A DNA stretch of 45,189 bases, from positions 1-45,189 of the forward strand of contig JBJMMH010000091.1 in NCBI GenBank assembly GCA_045804885.1. The letters are read 5' to 3'. The stretch's first letter is position 1. Each line of letters opens with the position of its first letter. The DNA comes from Chloroflexota bacterium (GTDB taxonomy: Bacteria; Chloroflexota; Limnocylindria; Limnocylindrales; CSP1-4). A program made the position numbers and the translations under genes. Positions 44,943 through 45,189 of this stretch are shown here, piece after piece. Below the pieces are notes generated by a model. It had not been told where the DNA came from. It saw nothing but the letters and a program-made list of their open reading frames with translations, and did not search any database.

Positions 44943-45189
44943 GTGACCGTGACCCAACGGGCGTACGGCGCCCAGTCGATGACGGCCGATCTCCGCGAGG
45001 TTCTCGTCAGCCCGCCCGGATCCACGTTCGAACGCGCGTACGACATGCCCTGGTGCGGGTTCCTGCGGCCCGTCGACGGCGACCGCGCCCGGCGCGAGCA
45101 CGACGGACTCGTCGATGCGCTGATGCGCCTCGGCGTCGCGGTCCACGTCCTCGACGAGCCCGCCGGCAACGACGACCCCGATCTCGTCT
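44943..45189 (+). CDS. Amidinotransferase / arginine deiminase / DDAH family protein (5' part, runs off the window)
   Basis: Hand translation VTVTQRAYGAQSMTADLREVLV...ARREHDGLVDAL...V.V...DPDLV. GTG 6 nt after TATGCT (44931-44936). Confidence 0.75.
   Translation, partial: MTVTQRAYGAQSMTADLREVLVSPPGSTFERAYDMPWCGFLRPVDGDRARREHDGLVDALMRLGVAVHVLDEPAGNDDPDLV

Noticed and set aside
27-45169. Many long Arg/Pro/Ala-rich ORFs in the six-frame track (e.g. 116-1165, 19699-20196 extension, 30913-33105, 35040-36560)
   Set aside because: They are antisense or off-frame shadows of real genes, typical of very high-GC DNA, and carry no family motifs.

Overview
A very GC-rich bacterial window with no rRNA, tRNA, CRISPR array or mobile element. 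Its gene content (F420 genes, many leaderless genes, many small membrane proteins) suggests a soil Chloroflexota or Actinomycetota-like organism; this is inference only. The flanks (1-10 kb and 37-45 kb) hold ordinary metabolic genes: cofD and F420-dependent oxidoreductases, MTA phosphorylase, IMPase, flap endonuclease, nicotinamidase, FTR1 iron permease, two PQQ sugar dehydrogenases, MarR/DUF72, a PLP enzyme and an FAD oxidoreductase. The central ~27 kb (10.2-36.9 kb) contains an orphan OmpR/KdpE-type response regulator, a giant cytoplasmic PAS/GAF histidine kinase and a paralogous kinase with a degenerate ATPase domain. It also holds topoisomerase IB, hemerythrin, CsbD-, GlsB-, YggT- and ElaB-like stress proteins, CorA, an AI-2E transporter, a class A PBP and several microproteins. 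Main observation, read by eye: 20 promoters in this block share an 11-bp-period direct repeat (about YGYVAY-N5-TGYAAY). In 18 of them it lies 42-44 nt (13 exactly 43 nt) upstream of an NANNNT -10 hexamer. Three of these promoters point into ORF-free, structured, terminator-bounded DNA, which predicts three unannotated small RNAs. Together this looks like a clustered general-stress and envelope regulon controlled by a two-component system, with a kinase/pseudokinase pair and sRNAs.
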